Positions 11,564 to 23,353 of a stretch of DNA of 64,000 nucleotides are shown piece by piece. The stretch lies in NCBI GenBank assembly GCA_973895155.1, contig OZ316893.1, positions 22,959,915-23,023,914 of the forward strand. Reading direction: 5' to 3'. A program made the position numbers and the translations under genes. Below the pieces are notes generated by a model. The model worked only from the letters and a program-made list of their open reading frames with translations, was not told the DNA's origin and did no database searches. This DNA comes from Marsupella aquatica (Eukaryota > Plantae > Marchantiophyta). Within the stretch, counting starts at the first letter, position 1. Each line of letters opens with the position of its first letter.

Positions 11564-14215
11564 ATGGTGAAGAGAAAGGATCTGGATTTTGCCCCAGACA
11601 AATCCGGAATCCGGACGCTTCCAAAGCGAACGACTAAGGAGCGAACAGTCATTGTTAACGATCGGCCGCTGCATCCGGAGATTCCTACGGATCCGGAAAG
11701 GAAGGACCGTTTACAAAACAACCTTGAGGGGGTATGACATGCGTGACAGTAAACAGGAAACAGGTTTACTGGTACCAGCAAAAATTTACTATGACCAGAA
11801 AAATGACATGTAAAAATATTTCCTAAAAAATCACATTTTTCAAAAAAAAAATTGTCGACAACTTTTTTTGGCTAGCTTTGGGCGCTAGCAAAAAAATATT
11901 TTCGGCCAAAAAAAAAAATTAAAAGAAAATTTCAAAAAAACTACCACTCATTTTCCTGTTACCAGTTTTTGTTTCTTGTTATTGTTTGTTGTTTCTTGTC
12001 GTTTGTAAATACCCCCCTTGAGGCCATGGGCTGTGCAAAGTTGATGGAGTTGTCTTGGGGATATCAGAGTGGCCTCATTCACAATTGGGTGTACCTCGCA
12101 GGAACCACTTTCAGGACTCAAAAACATGTTTTTTTAGTGAAAAATGACTTTCATAACATGGAAAAAGCTTCATCATGATTTTATCTCAAGACATTTAAGT
12201 CTAACTTTTTCACAAGACTACTTTACATGGTGTAACCTACCTCACCATGTAGATAAATCAAGTTTTTAACTTTTTTAAGGGATCCTTTTATTGATGGCCC
12301 TAAATAAGCCAAAATTACTTATTAGTTTTGTCCTATACATAAAGGTTTAGTGTGTGTCAATATTTGAGTTTTGAAATATAAGTTTATTCTATTAGTATGC
12401 ATGCCTTGGCAAAATTTCATTATCTAAAATGCAAGTTTTAGAGTCCTTTCTAGTCCTGAAATGATGTGACTCATTGCATGACAAGTCATTCGATATTTGA
12501 AAGACATATAAGGAAAGCTTCAAAATCTCAAATGCTAGATAGTTTAATGAATGTTACCAACCTACAGGATGTTTATTACGTATAGTACATCAAATTTTGC
12601 ATATCATCTCATTACACCTTACAAATGATGTCCTAAAGCATCATAAACTATGGTCACTTTTGAGTGTGACGTTCCTTTTGGGTCCTCCAATTGTGAATGA
12701 GGCCGAGTGCAGTGTTTGTGAAGGAGGTCCGGAATCGTGCCACCCTTGCTTTGGATTTTCCGGATTCTATCAGAGGAAATCCGGAAAAGTGGACTGCGGC
12801 TGTCATCTCGTCATTGCTAGATGTGCCATTGAAGGGAGACTCGGGGTTTCACTTCCACAAAAATGGCATATCACGTGCGACGAAGGATAGGGTCATTTTA
12901 TTGGTTCTAAGGGAAGACTTAAGAATTTTTGTAGAAGAACAATAGGGTCTTTCAAATTCAATTTTGAGACTTATAAGAACATTAGGGCCTTTTTAATCCA
13001 ATTTTTAGAATATTCCAAGAATATTCCAACTTTATAGGGGTTAAAAAATAATTTTTTTTCTTACATTTTAGGGGGTCCGAGCCCAAAAAACGTCGTAGGC
13101 GATGGGGAGGTCCCCATATAGTGAGACCCCCGAGAAGGGAGAGAGTTTTCTGACTTCGAAGGAGAATTATGCTGACAATTACTTTGATGGTGAGGTTGAT
13201 CCGAAGGATGGCTGGAAGATGTCTCAGTGCCTGAATGAGGAGACATCAAAGAACTCATTCCTGTTACTCATTCTATCCCCTGCCAAACCTCGTCGAGTGA
13301 CAATCCGGATTGACAATACGATTGCTGCTTCCTACGTAGGGGAGAAGAAGATTTCTTGGGCAAAGGTGTTGGAGGAAGTCATTGCTAAGGAAGTCCATAA
13401 TCTTCACTTAAAGACTCCCACCTCCCTTTCGTGCTACCTAGCGAACCTGTACTCCATGGACCGGGTTCTGACAGGTGAAGAGGCAGAAGATACGAGAACC
13501 AAGCCATGTTGGCTCAGCTCGGAGATCCATCGACAACCATCTAAGGGGACTGAGTCAGAAGAGGAACCTGTCATTGAAGTCCGACCCCCTAGGACCCGGA
13601 AGCGGTTCGTCCAGAGTCCGGAACCGGATCCTGTTGAGGATCCGGAACCACCTGTCCGGAGACCGAAAAGCAAAGAAAGTCTTCCGAGCATGACATCAAG
13701 TTCAAAGTGGACGGCGCGCATCGGCAGAGTTGGAGCATGTCCGGATTTTTGTAGAAAGTGCCACCGGCAAGACGAAGCAACTAGAGGATCTTGTTGGAAA
13801 GGTTGTTGAGATGCTCAACTGCAGTCCAGTTGTCATCATTTCCACTTTGGATATGGTGATTAAAAGCCAGGCCAAGAAGAGGATTTGGGACTTGGAGGAT
13901 CAGGCAGTCAAGGATAGACAGAAGATTGATTCCTTGGTGGACCAGTTGGAAGTTGCACAGAAGAAGTTGGAGGAGCATTTGAAAATCCGGAAATTATTGA
14001 ATGCAATAGTCGCCAGTGTTCAGGAAGCGCTTCATGTACCAGCCTTGGACTTGGTTGAGACCAACCTGATCGATAAATACTTAGCGACAGCCAACCCAGG
14101 CACTCTTGCCAAGGTTATTGAGTGCAATAACCGGTTTGCTAAGAAGATCACGGGAGCTTTCGACCAGATGGAGAAAGTTATTTCGGATGTGAAGTCAACG
14201 CTTGCACCTGCTTGA
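11564..14215 (+). pseudogene. Family-D LTR-type accessory protein (PMD/Transposase_32-like core plus coiled coil), disrupted
   Basis: Removing the MITE joins IRGNPEKWTAAVISSLLDVPLKG to ESFLTSKENY..KDGWKMSQCLN..ISWAKVLEEVI..SLSCYLANLY, followed by a Pro/Glu linker and a coiled coil (13730-14215). An AT-rich stretch at about 11735-12665 separates the putative N-terminus. Confidence 0.6.
12840..13134. mobile_element. MITE, 295 bp, with 8-bp TSD
   Basis: TIRs CTCGGGGTTTCACT / AGTGAGACCCCCGAG and TSD AAGGGAGA on both sides; second copy at 56452-56749. Confidence 0.93.
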
Positions 14216-15555
14216 GTCCGGATTCCGGATTCCGGAATGTCTGATATAGAGGGCACTCCACCCAAATTTGAGAAGGTTGAGTTCCGTTTTCCGTCCGTAT
14301 GGCCTTCGACTATCAGTCCCACACGCAACTTTACTTTGGATTTGAAAGATGCGGAAGCTACTACGAGTTTAGGAACACCTACTTCCCAGAAGCCGACTAG
14401 TCCGGTTGATGGCACACATGAGTCAGTTAGAGTAGAGGTAGAAGATGATTCTCCAATAGCTTAGTAGTTTTTAGTTAGTTAGTTAACATTTTTGGATCCG
14501 ACTAGGATCTAAATCCGGATTTAGTAGTAGAACCGGAAATCAATATCCGGATTTTGCTTTACATCCATTTCCGGATTTTCCTTTGTTCTCATTTCCGGAT
14601 TTTTGCCTCATACTCATTTCCGGATTTTTGTTGTGGACGGAAATCTATTTCTGGATTTGTCTTATTTTCAGTTAAGTTTAGCAATTACAGTTTTACCATG
14701 AAACAAGGAGGTGTTTCCTCTATGACTTTTTGGATCCTTCCTTTGTGCATCTTGAGGAGGAAAATAGATCCCTTTCCTTCAGTTCTCAGTTGCTGTTGGA
14801 AGCATAGAAGCTCCTCCTCAGGTGCTCCTGTTGAGCCTTCAAGACCTGTTGTGAGTAGAACTGCAAACTCCTTTTCCTGTTGAGAAGTTAATACTTAGAA
14901 AATTTGACATCATACTTTGAAATTTGATTTTGATTTGAATTACTCATATGGATTCTTGGTAGCATTGAACTCCTGTTGTTCCAGTAGTTGAAATGGAATG
15001 TTTCCTTTCCCATGAGTAATCATCTAAATTTGATTGAGAAGTTATCAATTTGACAATCTAGAAATCCTTGTGTGAGAAGATACCAATTCAAGCATTCTAG
15101 TACCGTCACCATTTGTTGACCAGAAAGAATTCTTGTTTTGATAACTAGATCTCCATGTCAATTTCTAGTTAATGTTTGATGTCTATTCTAATTCGACCAT
15201 GTTATGAGCTCTGTTGCATTCTGAATCTTAAAAATCCAGGATCCTATTGATCTGCTGGGGATCGTCATTTTCCATCATCTCTTCTCATGAGTCAATTGAA
15301 AAGACATTCTTACTAGTCCTTTTCCATGGCTTTCTTTAATTATTAGTTTTTGTGCATTGATTACTATCAATCCTCTGGAGAGAGAACTCCCTGGCGAGGT
15401 TATGCCGAATCAACATCTTATTTGTTCTTTTCGGTACCAATTCGCTTTTCATTAACTCTTACAGGGAACGAATTCATGTCTTTAGAAGTTAAAGTGTTAT
15501 TTAACAATCTACCACTCTACCACAAGATGCGACTACTCAAGTTCACTCTGGCTCT

Positions 15556-16077
15556 TTGGTCAGCGTGCGGCGGGAGGTGGTGCTTGAGTTACCTGGTCCT
15601 CCATCACAGAGGTTACGGGTGGATCTTACCATGGTCCGTGAGGATCAACATACCTTGGCAGATGTAGTAGTGGCAAATCCATTGTGCCAAGACATCATTG
15701 GGAAAACGGCAACAACGGCAGGGGCAGGGGCATCACGATCTGCAACAACAAAGGAGGCCAAATATGTTGCCCGAGCTTCATCTGATAGCTTCCTCCCCCT
15801 TGCTCTTGAGATATTTGGGCATCTCCATCATCAATTCGACGGGCTTCTTCGACAAGTTGCTCAGGATGTTCATGGCCGGATGGGTCCCACCGGACCCTCG
15901 CTATCTGTTTTGACCACACACTTTTGCCAACACATTTCAGTCACCTTACAGCGTGCTCAAGCTCGGGCCATCCATCGTCGATCTCTGATAGTGGGTGCTA
16001 ATGTGCCTCCGCAACGGCTAACCCCCCTAGATCGAGTACATTCCAGTCCCACTTGCCGATTTAGTTTTGACACTTGA
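15556..16077 (+). pseudogene. Restriction-like endonuclease (RLE) C-terminus of a CRE/R2-group non-LTR retrotransposon
   Basis: RVDL...LADVVVANP...KEAKY...FLPLALEIFG...ISVTLQRAQARAI fits the PD-(D/E)-type RLE, KxxKY and PxxxExxG layout. Confidence 0.65.
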
Positions 16078-19000
16078 TGTGGACCATTAGCTATTAGCCA
16101 CATTAGCTAGGAATGATAAGGACCTCGGTCCATTTGCGGTAGTTTTAGTTCCCCTTTCTTGGTTCTTAGAGGTTTCCTTTTGTTCACGTCTTTTGCATTT
16201 GGTTTTGCCCACTTGGGACCTCTTTTGTTTATTCTTTGGTACTCTGTTTTGCCCTTTTCTATAAAAAGTTTGTGTGTATTTCAAATTTTTGGCCTTGTAC
16301 TACTACTCTTATGCATTTTTTGAAATGATGGTTCTACATGTAGACTAGGTTAAGCATGGAAAATGCAATCGTCATCGCCCTATGTCCATCTACGTGTCAT
16401 ATTTTTGCTGTCGGTCAATCTCAAAAGCTTAAATGATTGCAGCTTTGCAATTTTCAATCTCAAAAGTCTTTATCACGGTACTGTGGGGGAAGGTGGGACC
16501 GCGAAGATACTATGGTGCCGCGGAGAGATGGAGAGTTGCCAGGACCAGGTCTGGTCCGTGGTCGGTCTCCTGCTGTTTGTGTGGTTCTGGTTGAATACTC
16601 GATTAGTTTAGGTCCTATGGTTCTCTCCCTGGGCCCTCACTCTTACTATATTAAGTGAACCCCCCTGAGAACAGACACCCCCCGTGTACCCCTTCTTAAT
16701 ATTTTTGTTCACAAAAAAAAATCCCTTGTTAATGTAAAAACATTATTTTTTCCTATAAAAATTTATCCTTTTGTAAATTATAACAGAGTTTTTCAAGGAA
16801 TTAAAAAAACCCTTGAATTTTTAAAAATTGTAAATATCATACTGAAACATAAAAGATTCTATTTTGCATAGGGGAATATTATGTTACGCTGATGTTCACG
16901 GTACATATTTTATGTAGATCATAACAAAATTAATACTAAAGATTTATAGTTCTTCCTAGAGTATATGACTATAACTCAGGCAACTTGTAGACCTCATAGA
17001 GATAAACTGAACTAGTACAAAGGCATTATTATGCTATGCTATATCCTTAGTCCAGCAGGAATAATTGCATATATACTACTTATGTAAACTCCAATTGCTA
17101 AATTATTCTATCTTGACTAAGAATGGTATGACATCAACCATTAACACCAAATGATAAGTAGAGTTTTTGGCAACTTCTTTCATGCAACCTGACACATCAA
17201 ACCACACATTAATCATATATATTCTAGACACAAAGTACTAATAATACAAAAAATGACTACTGAAATTTGTGGAGAGTAATACCATCAAATCTCCTTTGGC
17301 TGAAATTGTTACTTAGACATGGTGGGTAATTTTCCTGCCATATCTGCAATCAAACAACTGTGAGCACCGGGTACCCCCCCCAACCCAATGATCAAGGGAG
17401 TTCACCACCCCACACACAAACACACCTGGCCTCATACCTGGCCATTTGATTCGAGGGAATTCAAAAGTAATCTTGTTTGTCTATGTGGGATTGATTCATG
17501 GGTCCCCATCAATCCCAAAACCCAAACGAGTTGGGCCCCAAAATCCTGGCCCAACATTTACTTAACTCCCAACTTAACACATGCGGGTAAACAAGTCTAC
17601 CATGCAAGCCCATGAAACCAAACTTGCCTTAAGAGGATAAATAATTAAATGTCTGATTTACTATATGGACATGTGTGCCAATGAAGTGATGACATGTGTG
17701 CCAACCATATAGTGACACGTGTCCTTGGCATTTTAGGTACCCTTGCATAAGATTAATGTGACATGTATTTGATAAGAGCCTTATTACTAATATTGTGATG
17801 AATGTATATACATGGATGTTGCCTACTTTAAAAAATATTATAAAAATTAGTTTGCATTACATTAAAAATACCCTTGCGTTGTTCGCACGTCCTCCCTGCA
17901 TTAGTAACGCTGAGGGCCCAGGGGGTTCTCTTCTGAGGGTCCCTCCTTTCCCCCTATTCCTTGCCCCCCTATTTTGGCAGGCCGGTTGGGAGGCCCTATT
18001 CTATCTCTGGGAGTGCTCCTCCTATTAGCCCCCCTTAATTTTTTTTCCCTGCCTCCTTCTCCTCAGGCGGGGCCCTTGTTTCGGTTCAATGGAATAAAGA
18101 CGGATTTTTGGAAAAGAAAAAAAAAGTTTTTATCATTTTGCAGCTCCTACCAGGACTTGCAGCCTCCCCTAAAGTTTTGTGGTAATTTCCTGAATAATAA
18201 TTTGTGTGGTAATGATTGAAGCACTCTAAAAAGCAGAAGGAAAGGAAGGGACCACGACAGCTCACGGCAATTGGCTACATTCTCCTCGATTCGTAAATCT
18301 AGACACGTTCTATCTTTCAGGTCAACTACACGCTATTGGTTTTAAAATGTGACTACTGTCGGGTTGATCAATTTTGTGCCACTTGTGTTGGAGCAGGTCC
18401 CAAGTGACTTAGCCATGAACCCAGATGGTTCTGCAGGTAATCCATGTGCCTTCCAAAGACATTTGCAAAGCGATCAAAATATAATAAAGTAGTTACAAGA
18501 GGTGAGTGCTCCGTATGTTGCCATATATTCCTCGCTTCAAATTTGGGCATCCAATATTGTACAGATTATTTTATGGCCTAGCGTTAACTTCTTGTTTTGT
18601 GTGCAGGATGTTTTGTGTGCAGGATGACTACGACGGCAAGACCATCCAGATGACCAATGAAGCAGTGTCAGTTCTTTTTCTTAGGCCATTAAACATAGAG
18701 CAACGACTGAAGTTTAGCCAAACAGAATTGCTGATGTAATGGAAGCCTGTGATGTGAGAAACGTGGGAGTAAGTGGGGAATGCCCATTTCATATCTTACT
18801 ACAAAAAAACCTTGTCTCCTCCCTTTTAATTTCCTTTGGCTCTGGTAATTTTCCTGAGATAAATTGTACTGTATGTAGGCAAAGAGCTACACAGATGGAG
18901 TTAAGATGGTAACTGATGCTTCAACTTTGTCAAATATTGCTTCATGCATGTCTATCCGGGAAGTACTTTTGGCTATTTTGGCAATTCAATTTGTTTTCAG

Positions 19001-21249
19001 ATACTTCTGAATTACGTCAAACACAAAAGACCCAACAGCAACTGCCAGAAATTGTGCTAATTCTGCATTTGGAGCTTCCCACAATTATCGGGGTCATCTT
19101 TTCCAGATCCAATTTGCAATTGATCAATTTACCAATTCAGTGAAGCTTCAATCTCCTGCTGGCCCAGGCCTATGTGGAAGAGAGAATCTGATGGATGTCA
19201 GGAACTATTATTGGTTGAACATAACAAAAATTTCTCAAACTCAGACTAAAGGTTTGCACCCTGATCGTAGGTTTGGTGGGTTACGCTATGATAAGGTTTT
19301 TAGGTTCTTTCGTAGGTTTTGTGGTAGTAACGCTACAATAAGGGAGTGAGAAAAGGGATTAGTGGCTGCCTAAACATTCTGGATTTCTCTTCAATCTGGT
19401 CGGGTGTCATCTTTTTGTGGACTTGAGGAGAAAAGTGTAGAGAGTTCTTTGGGCTTCTGTTCTGGAAGTATCAGTGAAAAGATAATTCATCTGGCAAAAG
19501 TGAAAACATGCATAAAGTTTTTATGGAGTCAAAGGGAGTAAATGATATCATGGAGTCAATGTCTTGCATCATATGTGCTATTTGATTGTACATGTCCATG
19601 CTATACTCATAGGTATTCCTACGAGTCACCTACTTGCCCAATCAACTTTAAATAAAAGCAGACTAGTGAATATTTTTTAAGAGGCTGCCCTTGAAGTAGT
19701 TGCTGGAGAGACCTCGTAGACCTTTGGGGACCTGAAAGAGAGATTCAGAAAAGCAAAGAAACATTAATGAGCAACTGAAGCATTATTTCCCATGCATATG
19801 CAGAAGATCGACAGGCTTCAGGACATCTTGGAGATCTTTATCTTGCAGCTTTTGGTACATTCTATCAAATAATATTCTGTCATAACAAAAGTTGTCTCCT
19901 GAAAGATTTGTCAGAACATAATGTCAGAGTTGGATTCGCATGTGGATCAAAGACAATGGGCTTGTCTTGTTCCATTTCATAGGTTTCCATTTGTTAGAAA
20001 GATACCAATGCCAATGTTTTTGGTTTCTTTTGGTCAAGTAGACTAACTGGTGCTTGCAGAGCTTTGAGTGACTCAACCAGATTCAGTAATAGTATTCGTG
20101 GAATGTTTTTGGGTGAATAGTCAAAATCTGGCATGCACGCTCAAAATCACTTTTAACTAAGAGTGCAAAGATTTGAATGTCTATTTGCAGCTTGAGGAAA
20201 TTGTTAGAAGATCGAAGGGCCTAGGACGTTGATTGGTGCAGATCATTTTACTTGACCACACTTTTAATGAAGTGGTGTTGACTGCTGTTGATCATTGCTA
20301 CTGTATCCTTTCAAATGCCTGTGGAGGTGCTGCATTTCCTATCGAGGTTGATGTGGACCCTGAATCAAGAACCAGCTGTATTTAAAGCTTGAATGCTTGG
20401 AGAGGCACCTTTGAAGACTTCATCCCCCAGGGTTCCATGGTGAAATTTTAACTTCTCGTTTCTGGAGTCTTGGTGGTTTAGGCATCGATTTATTGTCAAA
20501 TACGAATTCATGGTGATGAAAATCAACTTTCATGAAGCTTGTCGTTATCTGCCATGTGTTTGGTGAACGAATGTTCTGGTTGCCATGACAGAGCTAGATT
20601 AGGTCTGTGATATGAACAATTTGAGATAATAGATTGTTACTTTGCATTGAGCTCATTATATACATCTGCCCAGATGAATAATGTTTCCAACAATGCTTTT
20701 GCCTGGTGAATTTTCATTTTTTATAACCAATTGAAGCCAAGACTTTCTAACAATCATTTCATATAATATAGATTGGGTGCAGATGATGCCTTACAACTCT
20801 TGTGTGTGATTGCAGGACTGCTATTGTCTCGATTGTGCATCTTGCCATGATCAAGTTTTGGTGAGCACATTGACAAAGTTCGAGGAGCACAAGCTAGCTT
20901 TGGGGGGAAATAGGAATTGATGGTCAGGATTTGCCCTCATACTGTATTGAAAATGTCTAAAATGTAAGATTGTTTGAGGTAATATATTTGTTTGGATTCT
21001 TTCAATATGAGATCTAGGTAGGAGCTATCATTTTGTTCTTTCAGTTCTTTATTTCATGAATGTCATGTGGATGATGTGTGAATATCATGATGAATGATGT
21101 TTATGGTTATTGTTTAGTGATTTCCAATCAGTGTGATCTAACATGCTTACATTTTTAATCTCATTGTAGACGCATTATATGTTTCAATTTTGAATATCAT
21201 TGTGAATCTGTACAAAGTATCACCTCACATGAACCCTAAAACCTGAGAC

Positions 21250-21465
21250 AGCCCCAATGATATCCCAAATAACATTATCTAATGACATCTCATATGACAC
21301 TCCTAATTGACATGCCATATAATGCCTGGAAATGACACCGTATTTGACACCCTACATGACGTCCTGTATGACTCTCAAAATGACTTCATAAATCACGACA
21401 CCATACATGACACCCTATATGACATCCTGTATGACTCTCAAAATAACTTCATAAATGATGACACG
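21250..21465. repeat. Degenerate ATGACA-type short repeat array with a ~63-bp duplication
   Basis: gacaccctacatgacgtcctgtatgactctcaaaatgacttcataaat occurs at about 21347 and again (variant) at about 21409, among many atgac units. Confidence 0.6.
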
Positions 21466-22009
21466 TGTTGCATGTTCATTTGTTACATATTTGTAATATG
21501 TGATAGTCATTTCAGACTTGACCAAAATGACAGTTAATGTTGATCATATGGTGCATTTGCAATTGGCCACGTGTTGTGGTTTCATGGGTGGAAATGTATT
21601 GCGTCATTTACATCATATTGTTAATGACCAGAAAAAATATGAGGTGTGTCCTTGGTGTCGCGCCACGTGCTGCAACAGTACTGGTTTACCATCATGTCAT
21701 TTATGACATGTCTTAAATGACTTATAAGGACAACACAAATGACCCAGATTACTTAAATGACACATATTTTGAACAAATGATACAGAAAATTATGATTTGA
21801 GGGAGGTAATTATGACCTGTGGACAATTAGGGATTCAAAAAGCTGCGGATTTTTTGTCTATTGTGGAGAATGAGTGGTTCAAGCACCTTGAGGCAAAGCT
21901 ACACAGATAATATCGGCACAGATACCGGTAATATCTGTGCGCTTTGCTTATCTTTTTTTGATATCATTAATCGGTCTGTTTACTTAGGAAATCATTTTGA
22001 GTCTTCTGC

Positions 22010-22458
22010 TAAATAGTGGAGTTGGATTGATTTGGAGAGAGAGATCAAGCAATTTGGACTCCCCAACCACTGGATTCACTAGATGCTCCGCCCAAAGGGA
22101 TCAGATTTTATGAGGCTAAACAGGATTTGGGAGGTTACACTTGGTGAAGCCGACTGGAGCAACATCTGGAAGATCATCTGGACTGCTGATTTATCTACCT
22201 GCTCTAAAACATTCCTTTAGAGAATTTTGGCTCAATCATGGGCTTTAATTCTTTGGATCCAGAGCACTGAAAATTGATAAGTCAAATGGTTCCTATTCGC
22301 TCTGCACGGGGGAGAACAAAACCACCCTTCACATCGTTATCAAATGCAAGCATGCAAAATGTTGTTGGATAACTGCTCATGGATGGCTGAACGGAACCAT
22401 TTCGGCCATGATCTGGGCCTCATCGATCTACTCCTTACTGCCCAGGGGAAAAATCCGC
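22010..22458 (+). pseudogene. L1-type LINE 3' remnant (zf-RVT region), host site of the family-A element
   Basis: WSNIWKIIWTADLSTCSKTFL*RIL... followed by a degraded Cys/His cluster; the sequence resumes after the TSD at 41156. Confidence 0.55.
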
Positions 22459-23353
22459 TGTCACGTTGTCGGCTTCGGCCTTAACTCGGGCTTTGGCCTA
22501 GACGGGCACATCCTTCGTAACAATGAGGGTTCGGGCAGGGAGGGAAGCACGTAATGCACCTAATTTGTGTAAACTAGCGCTAAGTGTGCCTACTGTTAGA
22601 TATGGACACATCCTAGGTATGGTTTGTGTTCCGCCGCCGGAACGTACCTTAGTCGATAGCAGGATCGACCCCGGCTTAAGGGCTTCTAAACCTTTGTGCT
22701 GTCCGCCTTTGATCCGGATTCGATGATATAGGTCCTCAACCCGTGCTCGCAACCACTTACCCGCAAGCTGCACCCCGTGCACAACTCGGGTAGTGCGTTC
22801 GGCCCGGCGTTGTCGCCTATACACGAGATTCACACTTACATATATACGCACAAGCATACAATCTCGATTTACACGAAGGAAATAGTGGGAAAGGATTTTA
22901 CTACAAAGGGGACATATGCGTACACTTGATTGACCCGACAGCCCTGGAGTGAACAGGTTCAAGGCCGAGGGTGTACACTACAACGGAGCCCGGCTCTGCA
23001 CTCGCCCAGCGAGCTTAGTCCTACCCCCTCCCCTTGATACTCTTCCACTCCCAGAGATCGGGACTCCTCGCACATACCGTGGATGTCCAAGTTGAGACTA
23101 AAAACCCCCCTGCCTCTATCGAGGGGTGCACTAAATACTAAGGGCCGAGGAACGGGGTGGCCTTCTGTCCGAAGATTTGCTGACTAAGGTCCTAACTAAG
23201 CTGACTATCAGGCCGAAAAACGACTGTGTCTTATTAGAAGATCCTAATCTACGCAGGCTGGACAGCATGGCAGTGCTGCTGTAACTAAGGCAGGTGCCTA
23301 TCCCAATAGCCTGACTTAGCTATTCCTAACCCTATTCTATTCCTACTCCACCG

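Larger units (their letters stand above)
11066..15415 (+). mobile_element. Degraded long LTR (family D) containing an ORF
   Basis: Starts TGTGATA and ends GAATCAACA, followed by a T-rich spacer and cggtacca (PBS-like, laid out as in family A). Contains an ORF homologous to those of A, B and C. No TSD found, so the boundaries are inferred. Confidence 0.45.
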
